Notes under the pieces: model-generated
Seen by the model: the letters and a program-made list of their open reading frames with translations, nothing else
Told to the model about the DNA's origin: nothing
Database searches by the model: none
NCBI GenBank assembly: GCA_963665655.1
Contig: OY762429.1
Span: 624,503-688,502 of the forward strand
DNA from: Terriglobia bacterium
Lineage (GTDB): Bacteria; Acidobacteriota; Terriglobia; Versatilivoradales; Versatilivoraceae
Length of the DNA: 64,000 nt
Direction of reading: 5' to 3'
Program-made: the position numbers and the translations under genes
Part shown: positions 1 to 8,920 of the stretch, one piece after another
Layout: each line of letters begins with the position of its first letter
How positions within the stretch are numbered: the stretch's first letter is position 1

Positions 1-92
1 GGCGAGCGTGTCGCCGGGCCGGGCATAGTCGAACAGCGCAGCGAGTCCTGGCCGGTCGAAGGGCCGTGCCAGGGCTCGGCGTGAAGCGGCCA
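1..92 (-). pseudogene. Possible serine-recombinase (resolvase) internal fragment. The translation contains RPGLAALFDYARPGDTLA, which resembles the resolvase catalytic-domain motif. An upstream stop means no intact N-terminus.
   Basis: Hand translation of the minus strand at the window edge. Motif resemblance only. Confidence 0.2.
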
Positions 93-259
93 TGGCACTC
101 CATGACGCAATGACCGAAGAACAACGCAACCGCCTACAGGCGTTGCTTGCGAATGATGCGCCGCTCGGCCAGTCACACCTGACATGGTTGTGAGGCTTTC
201 CCATTTCGACCAACCCCACCAGCCTGCACGCCCTTGTCGAACGACTGAGGTACAAGCTG

Positions 260-628
260 TTACACTCCGGTCAGTGCGGCAGAACGCTCCCACAAAGCCG
301 CAGCCAGTGTTTTGTCTTCGGCTGATTTCGCCGGGGCCTTCGCCATTGGCGCCCCACGCATCGACAGGAACCCGTCTGGCGTGAAATAGTCGCCTCCTGC
401 CGCCGCCGGGTCCGTCGCGGCGCGTAAAACGGGCCAGGCTCCCTCGGCCGTTGGAATCATCAAAACGTCTGTGATGGCATCGACGAAGCGGCACAGGACA
501 CCATTGGAAATTGACTGAATGGCTTGCTGAGCCCCATCCGATTTCGTTGGACCAGGGCCTGCGGCAACACTCACAGCATCGGTGCCCTCGCGCTCAAACT
601 TGCGTTGCAACTGTAGCATGAACAACAT
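260..628 (-). pseudogene. C-terminal ~120 aa of an SDR-family oxidoreductase (retinol-dehydrogenase-like tail: ...TAEGAW..L.AA.DP....GDYF.PDG...AP.A.DK.LAAALWERSAAL.GV). The 5' part of the gene is missing and is replaced by G/A-rich non-coding DNA next to the IS end.
   Basis: ORF 260..628(-). Its C-terminal motif pattern matches the SDR RDH-like tail. The upstream region 629-749 is low-complexity and non-coding. Confidence 0.4.
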
Positions 629-749
629 ATTCTCGCCAGCTTACTGTTTGCGAATCAGCAGTTTCGGAACTTGGAGCCGAGAGGGTATTGGAGTGGAGAA
701 GGGATGAGGGGGAATGGGTCTGGAGAGGAGGGATGAGAGGAGAGAGCTG

Positions 750-2048
750 TTATTGGGGGAAAGCTCTCCCTGTCGGGCGGTGGCCCGAGGAGAGGATTGG
801 GAGATGAGTAGGGCGCTGACTGAGGTGGAGGGACAGATCCATGGGGGCGTGGGTCAACTGGAATCGTAGGGGGGGCTTGGACCCGAGGCTGAGGCGGAGG
901 GCGCGGACCAGTTCGATGGCGGTGGGCGGCTGATGGGACCCGCGATGCAGATAGCGGAGGCGGTAGAGCCGCTTGATGGTCATGGCCAGAATCATCAGAA
1001 GCCAGGTGATCAGGACGGCGTTGGTGTGATGGTGGGCAATGTGCTCCATGCCGTAGCGGTTCTTGGCGTCATTGAATCCCTGGTTTTCGATCTCCCAGCG
1101 ACTCTTGCTCAGGGGCCATAGCGACCGACTCCCGACCCGGGAGGTGGAGAAGTTGGTCAACCAATAGGCTTCCGCAACCAGCCGATTCCCTTGGTACTGT
1201 CGATAACGGATCACGCGAACACTCTCCCAGCGGAGCGATTCCCAGGGATCGAAATCCTCGGCGTCCCACACCTCAATGCGGTCCGAACCGCAGTGGAAAA
1301 CCCCCTGCGGCCGCTGAGACTCGAATCGCTTCCGGGCCGCCTGGAACAAGTCGGGAAGATTCGACTTCAACCGGGCCACCACCTTCAGGCCCAACTCATC
1401 GACCGCGTGGAGAAACGGCGCGCTGGCGAACTTGGCGTCCACCACCACGTAATCGGCAAAACGCCGCCCCAGCCGACCGACGGCGCGGCCCAGAACCCGT
1501 TGTCCGGCGCCATACTCGCTGTCGCCTTCAGCCCAGGGCTCGACATCGACCGGCAGCGTCAGTCCGCTGCCCACCACCGCCACCATGACCAGGTGATGGC
1601 CATGACACCCCACCTCACCCTTGTCATTGCGGACGGGAACACACCACTGACAGCGGCGCTGCCGCGATCTTCCCGCTCCGGTGCCGTCAATGGCCAACCC
1701 AATGAAGCGACTGTTGTCAAAGGCCTTGTTGCGTTTCGCCTGACGGCAGGCCGTCGCCAACGCCTGACGGGTCGGCTCCGGGTCCAGCCGTTGCGTGAAG
1801 TACCCCAGTGCGTCATCCCCAAACCCTCGCCCCACCGCCATCGCCCGCCGCGCCCGCGACCTCACCAGCCACTCCACCCCATGGTAACTGTGCTCCCGAA
1901 GCACATACCCCAACAGCAGCCCCCACAGCAGGTGCCGGGCTCCAATCTGCGGCCGCACCCGACCATCCCCAGGATGCCTCAGGTACCCCTTCAACCGCAG
2001 ACATCGGCTCGCATACTTCAGTATGCCCCGCGCCCTCGGTCCCCTCAT
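750..2048 (-). CDS. IS4-family DDE transposase. The likely true start is the internal Met at ~2048 (MRGPRARGILKY...). The 5' 230 nt of the supplied 510-aa ORF is a low-complexity extension.
   Basis: Catalytic motifs are present: IDGTG, VVVDAKFAS and the C-terminal SRWEIENQGFNDAKNRYGMEH (IS4 Y-R-E-K signature). Confidence 0.7.
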   Translation of the reverse strand: MRGPRARGILKYASRCLRLKGYLRHPGDGRVRPQIGARHLLWGLLLGYVLREHSYHGVEWLVRSRARRAMAVGRGFGDDALGYFTQRLDPEPTRQALATACRQAKRNKAFDNSRFIGLAIDGTGAGRSRQRRCQWCVPVRNDKGEVGCHGHHLVMVAVVGSGLTLPVDVEPWAEGDSEYGAGQRVLGRAVGRLGRRFADYVVVDAKFASAPFLHAVDELGLKVVARLKSNLPDLFQAARKRFESQRPQGVFHCGSDRIEVWDAEDFDPWESLRWESVRVIRYRQYQGNRLVAEAYWLTNFSTSRVGSRSLWPLSKSRWEIENQGFNDAKNRYGMEHIAHHHTNAVLITWLLMILAMTIKRLYRLRYLHRGSHQPPTAIELVRALRLSLGSKPPLRFQLTHAPMDLSLHLSQRPTHLPILSSGHRPTGRAFPQ

Positions 2049-2317
2049 CGCTTCGTCCGCTTCCGTCGCTGACGCCGCTCCAAGGCCAGCAGTTGCGCAT
2101 TCGCTGCCAGAACCTCCCGCACCGCCTGCTGATACTCTCGGCCCGCCTCCACACGCTGCCGCACTTCTTCCACCCACTCCCGCGGAATCCGTTCCACCCG
2201 CTTGCGCCCCTCCACCATGAACGTCAAGGTCCATCCCGAATGCCCCCGATCGGTCGCGCAGTGGCAGGTCGGCTTTCCACACCGATAGTGGCTCTCCGAC
2301 AGTGACCCCGGCAGCAT
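2045..2317 (-). CDS. Small IS-associated Cys-rich protein (YRCGKPTCHCA...GHSGWTLTFMVEGRK..., DUF6788-like zinc ribbon). Its stop overlaps the transposase start, so it is taken as OrfA.
   Basis: ORF 2045..2317(-) of 90 aa. CxxxxC-H-C motif, followed by a basic helical tail. Confidence 0.5.
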   Translation of the reverse strand: MLPGSLSESHYRCGKPTCHCATDRGHSGWTLTFMVEGRKRVERIPREWVEEVRQRVEAGREYQQAVREVLAANAQLLALERRQRRKRTKR

Positions 2318-2389
2318 CTGCTCCGGTATCGGAAACTGGCGCAGCCGTTGGTACTTGCGCTGCCGGAGTCGGGAGGCCTCGGGCCCCTT

Positions 2390-2620
2390 GGCCAGGGTGA
2401 TCCCACGCTACCAGATTCAGGGGACATGGGGGTCAAGGGTCCCGAATCACGCCCGGATTCCGTTTGGGTCTGTAGGGGCAACCCTTGTGGTTGCCCCTAC
2501 CATACCCTGCGGGCGTCCCTTGTGGGTTCCCAAACCGGGGATGACCGGGCGAATGCGAACGACGGGCAACCACAAGGGTTGCCCCTACAGTGGGAGGGGT
2601 AGCGTGGGATCACCCTGGCC
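2390..2620. repeat. 231-bp composite palindrome, MITE-like. Perfect 23-bp terminal inverted repeats (GGCCAGGGTGATCCCACGCTACC at 2390-2412; its reverse complement at 2598-2620). Two near-identical internal perfect hairpins (GTAGGGGCAACCCTTGTGGTTGCCCCTAC at 2472-2500; GGGCAACCACAAGGGTTGCCC at 2563-2589).
   Basis: Direct reading of the sequence. No coding capacity. Confidence 0.65.
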
Positions 2621-2644
2621 CCTTGGCTTGGTCCCCTTTCATGG

Positions 2645-3223
2645 CTAGTTGTAATAATACATCCAGAGGGGAATGCGCACGATGCGACCGTAGGCGCCCG
2701 CCCGGGTGCCCGCTGCCCGGTAGCAGAGTTGCCGGCCCTGGCAGAAGTCGCCATAGGCCGCCGCCGGACAGCGGTACTTCAGCGTCCCCCGCCTGGCCTC
2801 GAAGCCCTGGAAGGCCATCGGGCGCTGCCGACCGGTCCGGGGACACAGGCAGCACACCTCTCCCTTCTCGGTATGCACGATGGTATCGGCCCGGTCCGGA
2901 TACAGCGGCCGGGTGATGGCGCGGCTGGGGTCATGGCCTCCCTCCTGCCTCTCCTGCTTCCACAACTCCCGAGGCTCGATCAGGGGGCGAATGCCGTACT
3001 GGTCCCACAACTTCTCCTTCAACCCTCCGCTGTCGAGACCCCGGTCGGCGCTGAAGTCCCGGCACCGCTTCGCCAACTCCGGCGTCTCCTCGAACAACTC
3101 CTCGCTCATCTCCTCCTGTTGCTTCACCTCCGACTCCGAGGCCCGCCTCACCCGGCAGGCCACCGGTATCTCATGGCGGGTGTCGGCAATCAGGTGCACC
3201 CGGTAGCCGAACCAGCTCTTCAC
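2645..3223 (-). pseudogene. IS5/IS4-type (DDE_Tnp_1) transposase, C-terminal two-thirds (KSWFGYRVHLIADTRHEIPVA...ASESEV). The N-terminal part (3224-3540) is in another frame, so it is frameshifted or degraded.
   Basis: ORF 2645..3223(-). Hand translation of the upstream frames gives broken transposase-like text, with stops before the KSWFGY segment. Confidence 0.5.
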
Positions 3224-3556
3224 CCGGCTCCACAGCTTCCCCGTCCTGCGGTCCTTCCCCCCGTCTCGTGCTTGCCCCAGTCCGCCTCCCTATTCGACGC
3301 CTTCCCTGTCTTCCGGCTCTTCCGCCCGGTCGAATGGCTCTCGAGAGCCTTCCCGTCATAGCCCAAGTGCTCCCCGAAGTCCTCCACCTTTGGTGTCAGG
3401 TCGCCATGCAGGCTTCCATTCTCGGCTTGATCACGACTGTTCCGAGCGCGCTCATCACTGAGGTAACGGGGAGCCCGGCAAACAGCGCGCGTCGCCAGGC
3501 GTCAGCAGATCCGTTGCCAAACCCCTGAAGCTGAGTTGATTCGGGCAATCGGCCAA

Positions 3557-4015
3557 CTATGGATCCACCACCTGAATTTTGGGAGGGACAATCCGGGAAT
3601 AATCGGCGGCATCCTCCGATTTCTTCGACTCTTCCGGTGGAAGGGCTTGGCGAATCGCCTGGCGAAGGTGGGCCACGTCGATGCCCAGGAAGAGATCCGG
3701 GAACAGCACCAGTCGTTCCTGAGACCGGCGCAGGTGGATGAGGAAGCCCCGGTAGATCCGGCGGCGCAACTGGTGGTAGGCGGCCGCCAACTGGATGAGC
3801 CCCTGGATGAAGAAACGCCCGTCTTCGGGGTGGCGCAGCCAGACCACCTCCCAGGCCTCGTGGGCTTCCCAGAACCTGGCCTGGTTGAACAGCCGGATTC
3901 CCTTGTGGAAGTCCCTTCGGTCCCGGGGTGTCAGGGTGAAGTGGGTGAGAGTCGCAAGGTCCAGTTCCGACAGGGACTTCTTGCGAATGGGGCGGTCTGG
4001 CTCGGATCGGTCCAC
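3557..4015 (-). CDS. DUF309-domain protein (LFNQARFWEAHEAWEVVW motif).
   Basis: ORF 3557..4015(-) of 152 aa. Confidence 0.7.
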   Translation of the reverse strand: MDRSEPDRPIRKKSLSELDLATLTHFTLTPRDRRDFHKGIRLFNQARFWEAHEAWEVVWLRHPEDGRFFIQGLIQLAAAYHQLRRRIYRGFLIHLRRSQERLVLFPDLFLGIDVAHLRQAIRQALPPEESKKSEDAADYSRIVPPKIQVVDP

Positions 4016-4018
4016 CGG

Positions 4019-5029
4019 TCACAGCTTGCCGGCAATGACGGCGGCCAGGTCGGCGGTTCGGCAGGCATAGCCCCACTCGTTGTCGTACCAGGCGACCACC
4101 TTGACCAGGTTGTCGATCACAATGGTGTCCACCGCGCTGAAGACGGAGGAGAAGGTGCTGCCCTTCAAGTCGGTCGAGACCAGGGGCTCGTCGGTCACCT
4201 CCAGGATGCCCTTCATGGAGTCCTGGGAGTAGTCGAGCATGGCCTGGCGGAGCTGGTCCCCGGTAGCCGACTGCTCCAGCACGGCCGTGAAATCGATGAC
4301 CGAGACGGTTGGGGTCGGCACCCGGAAGGCCATGCCCCCGAACTTCCCCTGAAGCTCCGGGATGACCAGCCCCACCGCCTTGGCGGCTCCGGTGGCCGCC
4401 GGCACGATGTTCTGGCCGGCTGAGCGGGCGTCCCTCATGTCCTTGGCCGCCAGATCCTGCAGCCGTTGGCTGTTGGTGTAGGCGTGCACGGTGGTCAGCA
4501 GCCCCTTCTGGATGCCGAAGCGGTCATAGAGGACCTTGGCGACCGGGGCCAGCCCGTTGGTGGTGCAGGAAGCGTTGGAGACCACCCGATGATTCTCGGG
4601 GTCGTATCGGTCTCCGTTGACCCCGAGCACGATGGTGATGTCCTCGTTCTTGGCCGGGGCGGAGATGATCACCTTCCTGGCGCCGCCCGATTCGATGTGG
4701 GCCTTGGCCTTGTTGGCGTCGGTGAAGACCCCGGTGGACTCGATCACCACCTCCACCCCCAGATCGGCCCAGCCGATGGCTGCCGGATCCCTCTCGGCCA
4801 GGATCCTGATCCTGCGGCCGTCCACCACCAGGGAACCGTTGTCGGCCGCGACCGCCCCCGGAAAAGGCCCGTAGGTGGAATCGTATTTCAGCAGATGAGC
4901 ATTGGTCTCGGCGGGAAACAGATCGTTGACGGCCGCCACCTCGATAGACTCCGGATGCCTCTCCAGAATCGCCCGGAGAACCTGCCGTCCAATCCTGCCG
5001 AATCCGTTGATGCCGATCTTTCTTGCCAT
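4019..5029 (-). CDS. gap: Type I glyceraldehyde-3-phosphate dehydrogenase.
   Basis: [12 protein letters not shown]-binding motif and ASCTTN active site, at full length (336 aa). Confidence 0.95.
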   Translation of the reverse strand: MARKIGINGFGRIGRQVLRAILERHPESIEVAAVNDLFPAETNAHLLKYDSTYGPFPGAVAADNGSLVVDGRRIRILAERDPAAIGWADLGVEVVIESTGVFTDANKAKAHIESGGARKVIISAPAKNEDITIVLGVNGDRYDPENHRVVSNASCTTNGLAPVAKVLYDRFGIQKGLLTTVHAYTNSQRLQDLAAKDMRDARSAGQNIVPAATGAAKAVGLVIPELQGKFGGMAFRVPTPTVSVIDFTAVLEQSATGDQLRQAMLDYSQDSMKGILEVTDEPLVSTDLKGSTFSSVFSAVDTIVIDNLVKVVAWYDNEWGYACRTADLAAVIAGKL

Positions 5030-5279
5030 AGTTGCAGTCTCCTCAAAAAGTATTCAAAAAGGCTCGCGAAAACCTCCCCATTCTAACAGCAGAACCCATC
5101 GGCTTCGGTCTCATTGCGGAAGAAAACGATTTTAGTTGTGCGCCGGGACCGACTTGAAGGATGATCTCGTTCGTCTCCGCGGTCCGCAGTCCGGAACGGG
5201 GAGGCTGACCCATTTTTCTCACTCGGGGCCGGCCCCGGTCGGCTCCTCCCACTCCTTGGCGGCGTTCTGCCGGAATCTC

Positions 5280-5960
5280 ATGAGTGACTCCAGTCCCACA
5301 ACCCGTCGGGTGGCCGTCTTCAGCGACTTCGACGGGACCATCGGCCATCCCGACACCATCAACCTGCTGGCGGAAACCTTCGGGGGCGTGGAGTTTCGCA
5401 GGGACATCGGCGGCAAGATCGCCAGCGGAGAAATATCCCTCCGCGACGGAATCGCGGCCGAGGTGGCCACCATACGGGGCGACCTCGATCAAGTGCTGGA
5501 CTTTCTCAGGCAGCGGGTCAAGATCGACGAATCCTTTCCACCCTTTGCCCAATGGTGCCGGCAGAGGGACATTCCCCTGACCATCCTGAGTGCCGGCATC
5601 AAGGACGTCATCGAGCGACTGCTGGCGCCCTTCGAGCTCGATCACGTGCAGCTGCTGGCCAATCCCCTGGAGATCATCGACCACCGCTGGACCTTGCGTT
5701 TCCTGGACGACACCCCCTGGGGCCACGACAAGGCCGCGGCCCTGGTCCAGGCCCGCTCGGAAGGTTTTGCCACCGCTTTCCTGGGAGACGGGCTGTCCGA
5801 TCTGCGCGCCGCCAACCAGGCTGACATGGTCTTTGCCCGGAGCAGGCTGGCCAATCTCTGCCGGCAGAAACAGGTGCCGTTCTTCCCCCTGGACGATTTC
5901 TCCACGGTGGGCGCCACCATTACCCGGCACCTGATCCAAGGCAACGGCATCGGGCTCTGA
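5280..5960 (+). CDS. HAD-superfamily phosphatase, MtnX-like (2-hydroxy-3-keto-5-methylthiopentenyl-1-phosphate phosphatase family). Contains DFDGTI, a cap region and GDGLSDLRAANQADMVFAR.
   Basis: The ORF as supplied runs 5136..5960. The start was trimmed to the ATG at 5280 that precedes the VAVFSDFDGT motif I. Confidence 0.7.
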   Translation: MSDSSPTTRRVAVFSDFDGTIGHPDTINLLAETFGGVEFRRDIGGKIASGEISLRDGIAAEVATIRGDLDQVLDFLRQRVKIDESFPPFAQWCRQRDIPLTILSAGIKDVIERLLAPFELDHVQLLANPLEIIDHRWTLRFLDDTPWGHDKAAALVQARSEGFATAFLGDGLSDLRAANQADMVFARSRLANLCRQKQVPFFPLDDFSTVGATITRHLIQGNGIGL

Positions 5961-6032
5961 AGGCATTGAGCCCCTGCCTCCCGGATAGCCCAAGGGGTCC
6001 TGGCGAATCCTGAATCGGAGGTTGCGGAAGCC

Positions 6033-7430
6033 TTGAAAACACCGTTCAAGCCCCCCTCTCAAGGAAAGGCATCACTGATCCCTGGCGTCGCCAAGCGAAT
6101 CCCTCGGGTGGCGAGTCTTTGCTGGTTCTCCCTCCTGCTGATCGGGTCGGGATTGGCGCAGCCATCCGAGTCGGATCGCTCCTGGATCCCTCCCAGGGTC
6201 GATCGCGAATTCCCGTCCCTGTTCGAGCTCTACCGGCACCTGCACGCCAACCCCGAGATCGCCTTTCAAGAGGTCCGGACCGCTCAGCGCATGGCTCGGG
6301 AGCTGGAGGCCTCGGGCTTCGAGGTCAGCCGGGCCATCGGAGGGCACGGCGTCGTGGGTCTTCTCAGGAACGGAGAGGGGCCCACCCTCATGCTCAGAAC
6401 CGACCTGGACGGACTACCCATCACCGAGGAGACCGGCCTGGAATATGCCAGCAAGGTCCGCATTCAGGACCCCGCCGGACAATCCATCGGCCTCATGCAC
6501 GCCTGCGGCCACGATGTCCACATGACCTGCTTCGTGGGGGCGGCCCGGATTCTGAGCCGGGAGAAGAGTCGTTGGAAGGGCACCCTGCTGATGGTGGCTC
6601 AACCCGCCGAGGAACGCGGAGCCGGGGCCAGGGCCATGCTGGCCGACGGATTGTTCGAGAAGTTTCCGCTCCCCGACTACGCCATCGCGCTCCACAACCA
6701 CGCCGGCATGCAGGCGGGCCGGGTGGGAGTCTGCAGCGGCTATGCGCTGGCGGGTGTCGACTCCATCGATCTGACCGTTCGGGGCGTATCGGGACACGGC
6801 GGCTATCCTTCCACCACCAAGGATCCCGTGGTCATGGCCGCCCAGACCGTGCTGTCGCTCCAGACCATAGTCAGCCGGGAAATTCCGGCCATCGACCCGG
6901 CGGTGGTCACGGTGGGATCCATCCACGGGGGCAGCAAGCACAGCATCATTCCCGACGAGGTGCGGCTTCAGCTCACCGTCCGCTACTACACCGACGAAAC
7001 CCGCGACAGAATCCGCGACGGCATCGGGCGGATCTCGGAGGGGATCGCCCGCGCCGCCGGGATGCCCGCCAACCGTCTCCCGCTGATGTCGATTCTGGAC
7101 AGCACTCCACCCACCTACAACGATCCGGCGCTGGCCGTGCGGGCCAGCCAAGCCATGGCCCGGGTGCTGGGCAAGGACAATGTGCTGGATCTGAAGCCGG
7201 TGATGGGAGGCGAGGATTTCGGCCTCTACGGAAGGACCCCTCAGAAGGTGCCGGTCTGCATGTTCTGGCTGGGCGCCGTTGCCCCCAAGAAGATGGAAGC
7301 CAGCCGGAAACCGGGAGCCTCTCCCCTGCCCTCGCTCCACTCCAGCCGCTACGCGCCCGACCCGGAGCCCACCCTCAAGACGGGCGTCAAGGCCTTGACG
7401 GCCATAGCCCTGGATTTGCTGCAGCCTTGA
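6033..7430 (+). CDS. M20D-family amidohydrolase (N-acyl-amino-acid / hippurate hydrolase type) with an N-terminal signal peptide.
   Basis: HACGHDVHMT and the wider M20 architecture. 465 aa. Confidence 0.85.
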   Translation: MKTPFKPPSQGKASLIPGVAKRIPRVASLCWFSLLLIGSGLAQPSESDRSWIPPRVDREFPSLFELYRHLHANPEIAFQEVRTAQRMARELEASGFEVSRAIGGHGVVGLLRNGEGPTLMLRTDLDGLPITEETGLEYASKVRIQDPAGQSIGLMHACGHDVHMTCFVGAARILSREKSRWKGTLLMVAQPAEERGAGARAMLADGLFEKFPLPDYAIALHNHAGMQAGRVGVCSGYALAGVDSIDLTVRGVSGHGGYPSTTKDPVVMAAQTVLSLQTIVSREIPAIDPAVVTVGSIHGGSKHSIIPDEVRLQLTVRYYTDETRDRIRDGIGRISEGIARAAGMPANRLPLMSILDSTPPTYNDPALAVRASQAMARVLGKDNVLDLKPVMGGEDFGLYGRTPQKVPVCMFWLGAVAPKKMEASRKPGASPLPSLHSSRYAPDPEPTLKTGVKALTAIALDLLQP

Positions 7431-7487
7431 AGCACCGGGGGTAGCCGGACTATGGGGTCGAAGTGGATTCGACCGCATCGAGCACTG

Positions 7488-7889
7488 TCAGGAGAAGAAA
7501 GCGATCTTCAGCAGAAGCAGGATGACGGCAGGCGCGAACAGAAACTTGAAGATCTTGAAATCAGACTTCAGCCCGGCGATCTCCTGCTCCAGGGTGGCGA
7601 TATTGCCCTTGAGCTCGGCCCTGAGAGTGGCGATATCGCCCTTGAGCTCGGCCCTGAGAGCGGCGATATCGGCTTTGAGCTCGGCCCTGAGAGCGGCGAT
7701 ATCGGCTTTGAGGGCGGCAATATCGCCCTTGAGCTCGGTCTTGACTTCGGCAAGGTCCGCTTTGGTGGCAACCGTATCGTCGAAGGCCTCAGACAAGGTA
7801 TCGACAACGGCCTTGGCCTGACCGGATTCCATGCCTGCGGCTTCAAGCTTGCTGAAGGCTTTCAGGGTGTCGAAAACGGCAGTGGTCAT
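7488..7889 (-). CDS. DUF1640-like coiled-coil protein with a C-terminal transmembrane segment. The central region is built of 11-aa repeats (ADIAALRAELK).
   Basis: ORF of 133 aa. The N-terminus MTTAVFDTLKAF...AFDDTVATKADL is typical of DUF1640. Hydrophobic tail. Confidence 0.6.
   Translation of the reverse strand: MTTAVFDTLKAFSKLEAAGMESGQAKAVVDTLSEAFDDTVATKADLAEVKTELKGDIAALKADIAALRAELKADIAALRAELKGDIATLRAELKGNIATLEQEIAGLKSDFKIFKFLFAPAVILLLLKIAFFS
7593..7763. repeat. Five tandem 33-bp units (GAGCTCGGCCCTGAGAGYGGCGATATCGSCYTT), lying inside the DUF1640-like CDS.
   Basis: Direct reading of the sequence. Confidence 0.75.
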
Positions 7890-7916
7890 GGTGTTGTTGT
7901 CCCTTGCCTGGTGGGC

Positions 7917-8798
7917 CTAGACGAATTCCTCCATCAGGTCGTCAAAGAGCTCCTTTTCCATTCCGAGCTTCTGATGAACCAGGGGACCGTCCTTCATGGC
8001 CGGTTCGCTCTCCTCGTAGGTCGGCTGCTCCTCCCGGTAGAAGAGGCCCAGGGGAATGCGATCCCCCCACTCGTAGGCCCGGGTCAAGGCTCCCTGATGG
8101 TCGGTGGCATCGTAGTCCGGGTCATCCTCCAGCTTGTAGACCCGCTTCTTGAACCAGGGGTAGGTGTTGATCTTGTTGTAGGTCACGCAGGGACTGAAGA
8201 CATCCACCAGGGCGAATCCCTTGTGGGCGATGCCGCCGGCGATGACGTCGGCCATGTGTCTGGGCTCCCCCGAAAAGGCCCGGGAAACGTAGGTGGCGCC
8301 GGAGACGATGGCCAGCGCGATGGGGTTGATCGGCATTTCGGCGTTGCCCCGGGGGGTGGACTTGGTGCGTACCTCCTTCATGGTGGTGGGGGAGGCCTGG
8401 CCGGTCGTCAACCCGTAGATCTGATTGTTCATGACGATGTAGGTGAGGTCCAGGTTGCGGCGCATGGCGTGCACGAAGTGACCCAGACCGATGCCGTACC
8501 CGTCGCCGTCCCCGCCGGTGATCACCACGTTCATGTCCTGGTTGGCGAACTTGATCCCGGAAGCCACGGCCACGGCCCGGCCGTGCAGGCTGTGGACGCC
8601 ATAGGCATGGATGTAGCCCGGCAGGTTGGAAGAGCAACCGATCCCGGAGACGGTGAACAGTTCCTCGGGCTTGATGCCCAGCTTTCCGGCCGCCATCTTG
8701 ACGCCCCTGAGAACACCGAAATCGCCACAGCCCGGACACCAGTCCGGATCGATGATGCTTTCATAGGTGCTGATGGGTAAAGAAATCGTCATTTCCAT
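7917..8798 (-). CDS. korB: 2-oxoacid:ferredoxin oxidoreductase, beta (TPP-binding) subunit.
   Basis: CPGCGDFGVL motif and a TPP-binding GDG region. 293 aa. Confidence 0.9.
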   Translation of the reverse strand: MEMTISLPISTYESIIDPDWCPGCGDFGVLRGVKMAAGKLGIKPEELFTVSGIGCSSNLPGYIHAYGVHSLHGRAVAVASGIKFANQDMNVVITGGDGDGYGIGLGHFVHAMRRNLDLTYIVMNNQIYGLTTGQASPTTMKEVRTKSTPRGNAEMPINPIALAIVSGATYVSRAFSGEPRHMADVIAGGIAHKGFALVDVFSPCVTYNKINTYPWFKKRVYKLEDDPDYDATDHQGALTRAYEWGDRIPLGLFYREEQPTYEESEPAMKDGPLVHQKLGMEKELFDDLMEEFV

Positions 8799-8920
8799 AG
8801 GGTGTTAAGCCTCTCCGTTCTCCCCGCGCCCGTTCAGCCGGCGCGGAACCTCAAATCCAAAGCGATTCCAAACCCGATCGATCAGTCGGTCGTGTCGCCG
8901 ACTTCCGTCGGTTGTCCCTC

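Larger units (their letters stand above)
640..2412 (-). mobile_element. IS4-family insertion sequence with approximate ends. It carries orfA (zinc ribbon) and a DDE transposase. Its right end lies at or near the left arm of the 23-bp inverted repeat at 2390-2412.
   Basis: Transposase ORF plus small upstream ORF. The flanking SDR gene is truncated. Exact terminal inverted repeats were not determined. Confidence 0.4.

Noticed and set aside
110-193. 27-aa plus-strand mini-ORF (MTEEQRNRLQALLANDAPLGQSHLTWL)
   Set aside because: It is too short to support and has no motif.
1191-2072. 293-aa ORF on the plus strand across the IS
   Set aside because: It is antisense to the IS4 transposase. The translation is proline-, arginine- and histidine-rich low-complexity text, as expected for a GC-rich shadow frame.
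3396-4423. Overlapping ORFs on both strands across 3396-4423
   Set aside because: They are antisense or out-of-frame shadows of the IS5 remnant, DUF309 and gap. They carry no motifs.
7452-8780. 442-aa plus-strand ORF
   Set aside because: It is antisense to korB and low-complexity.
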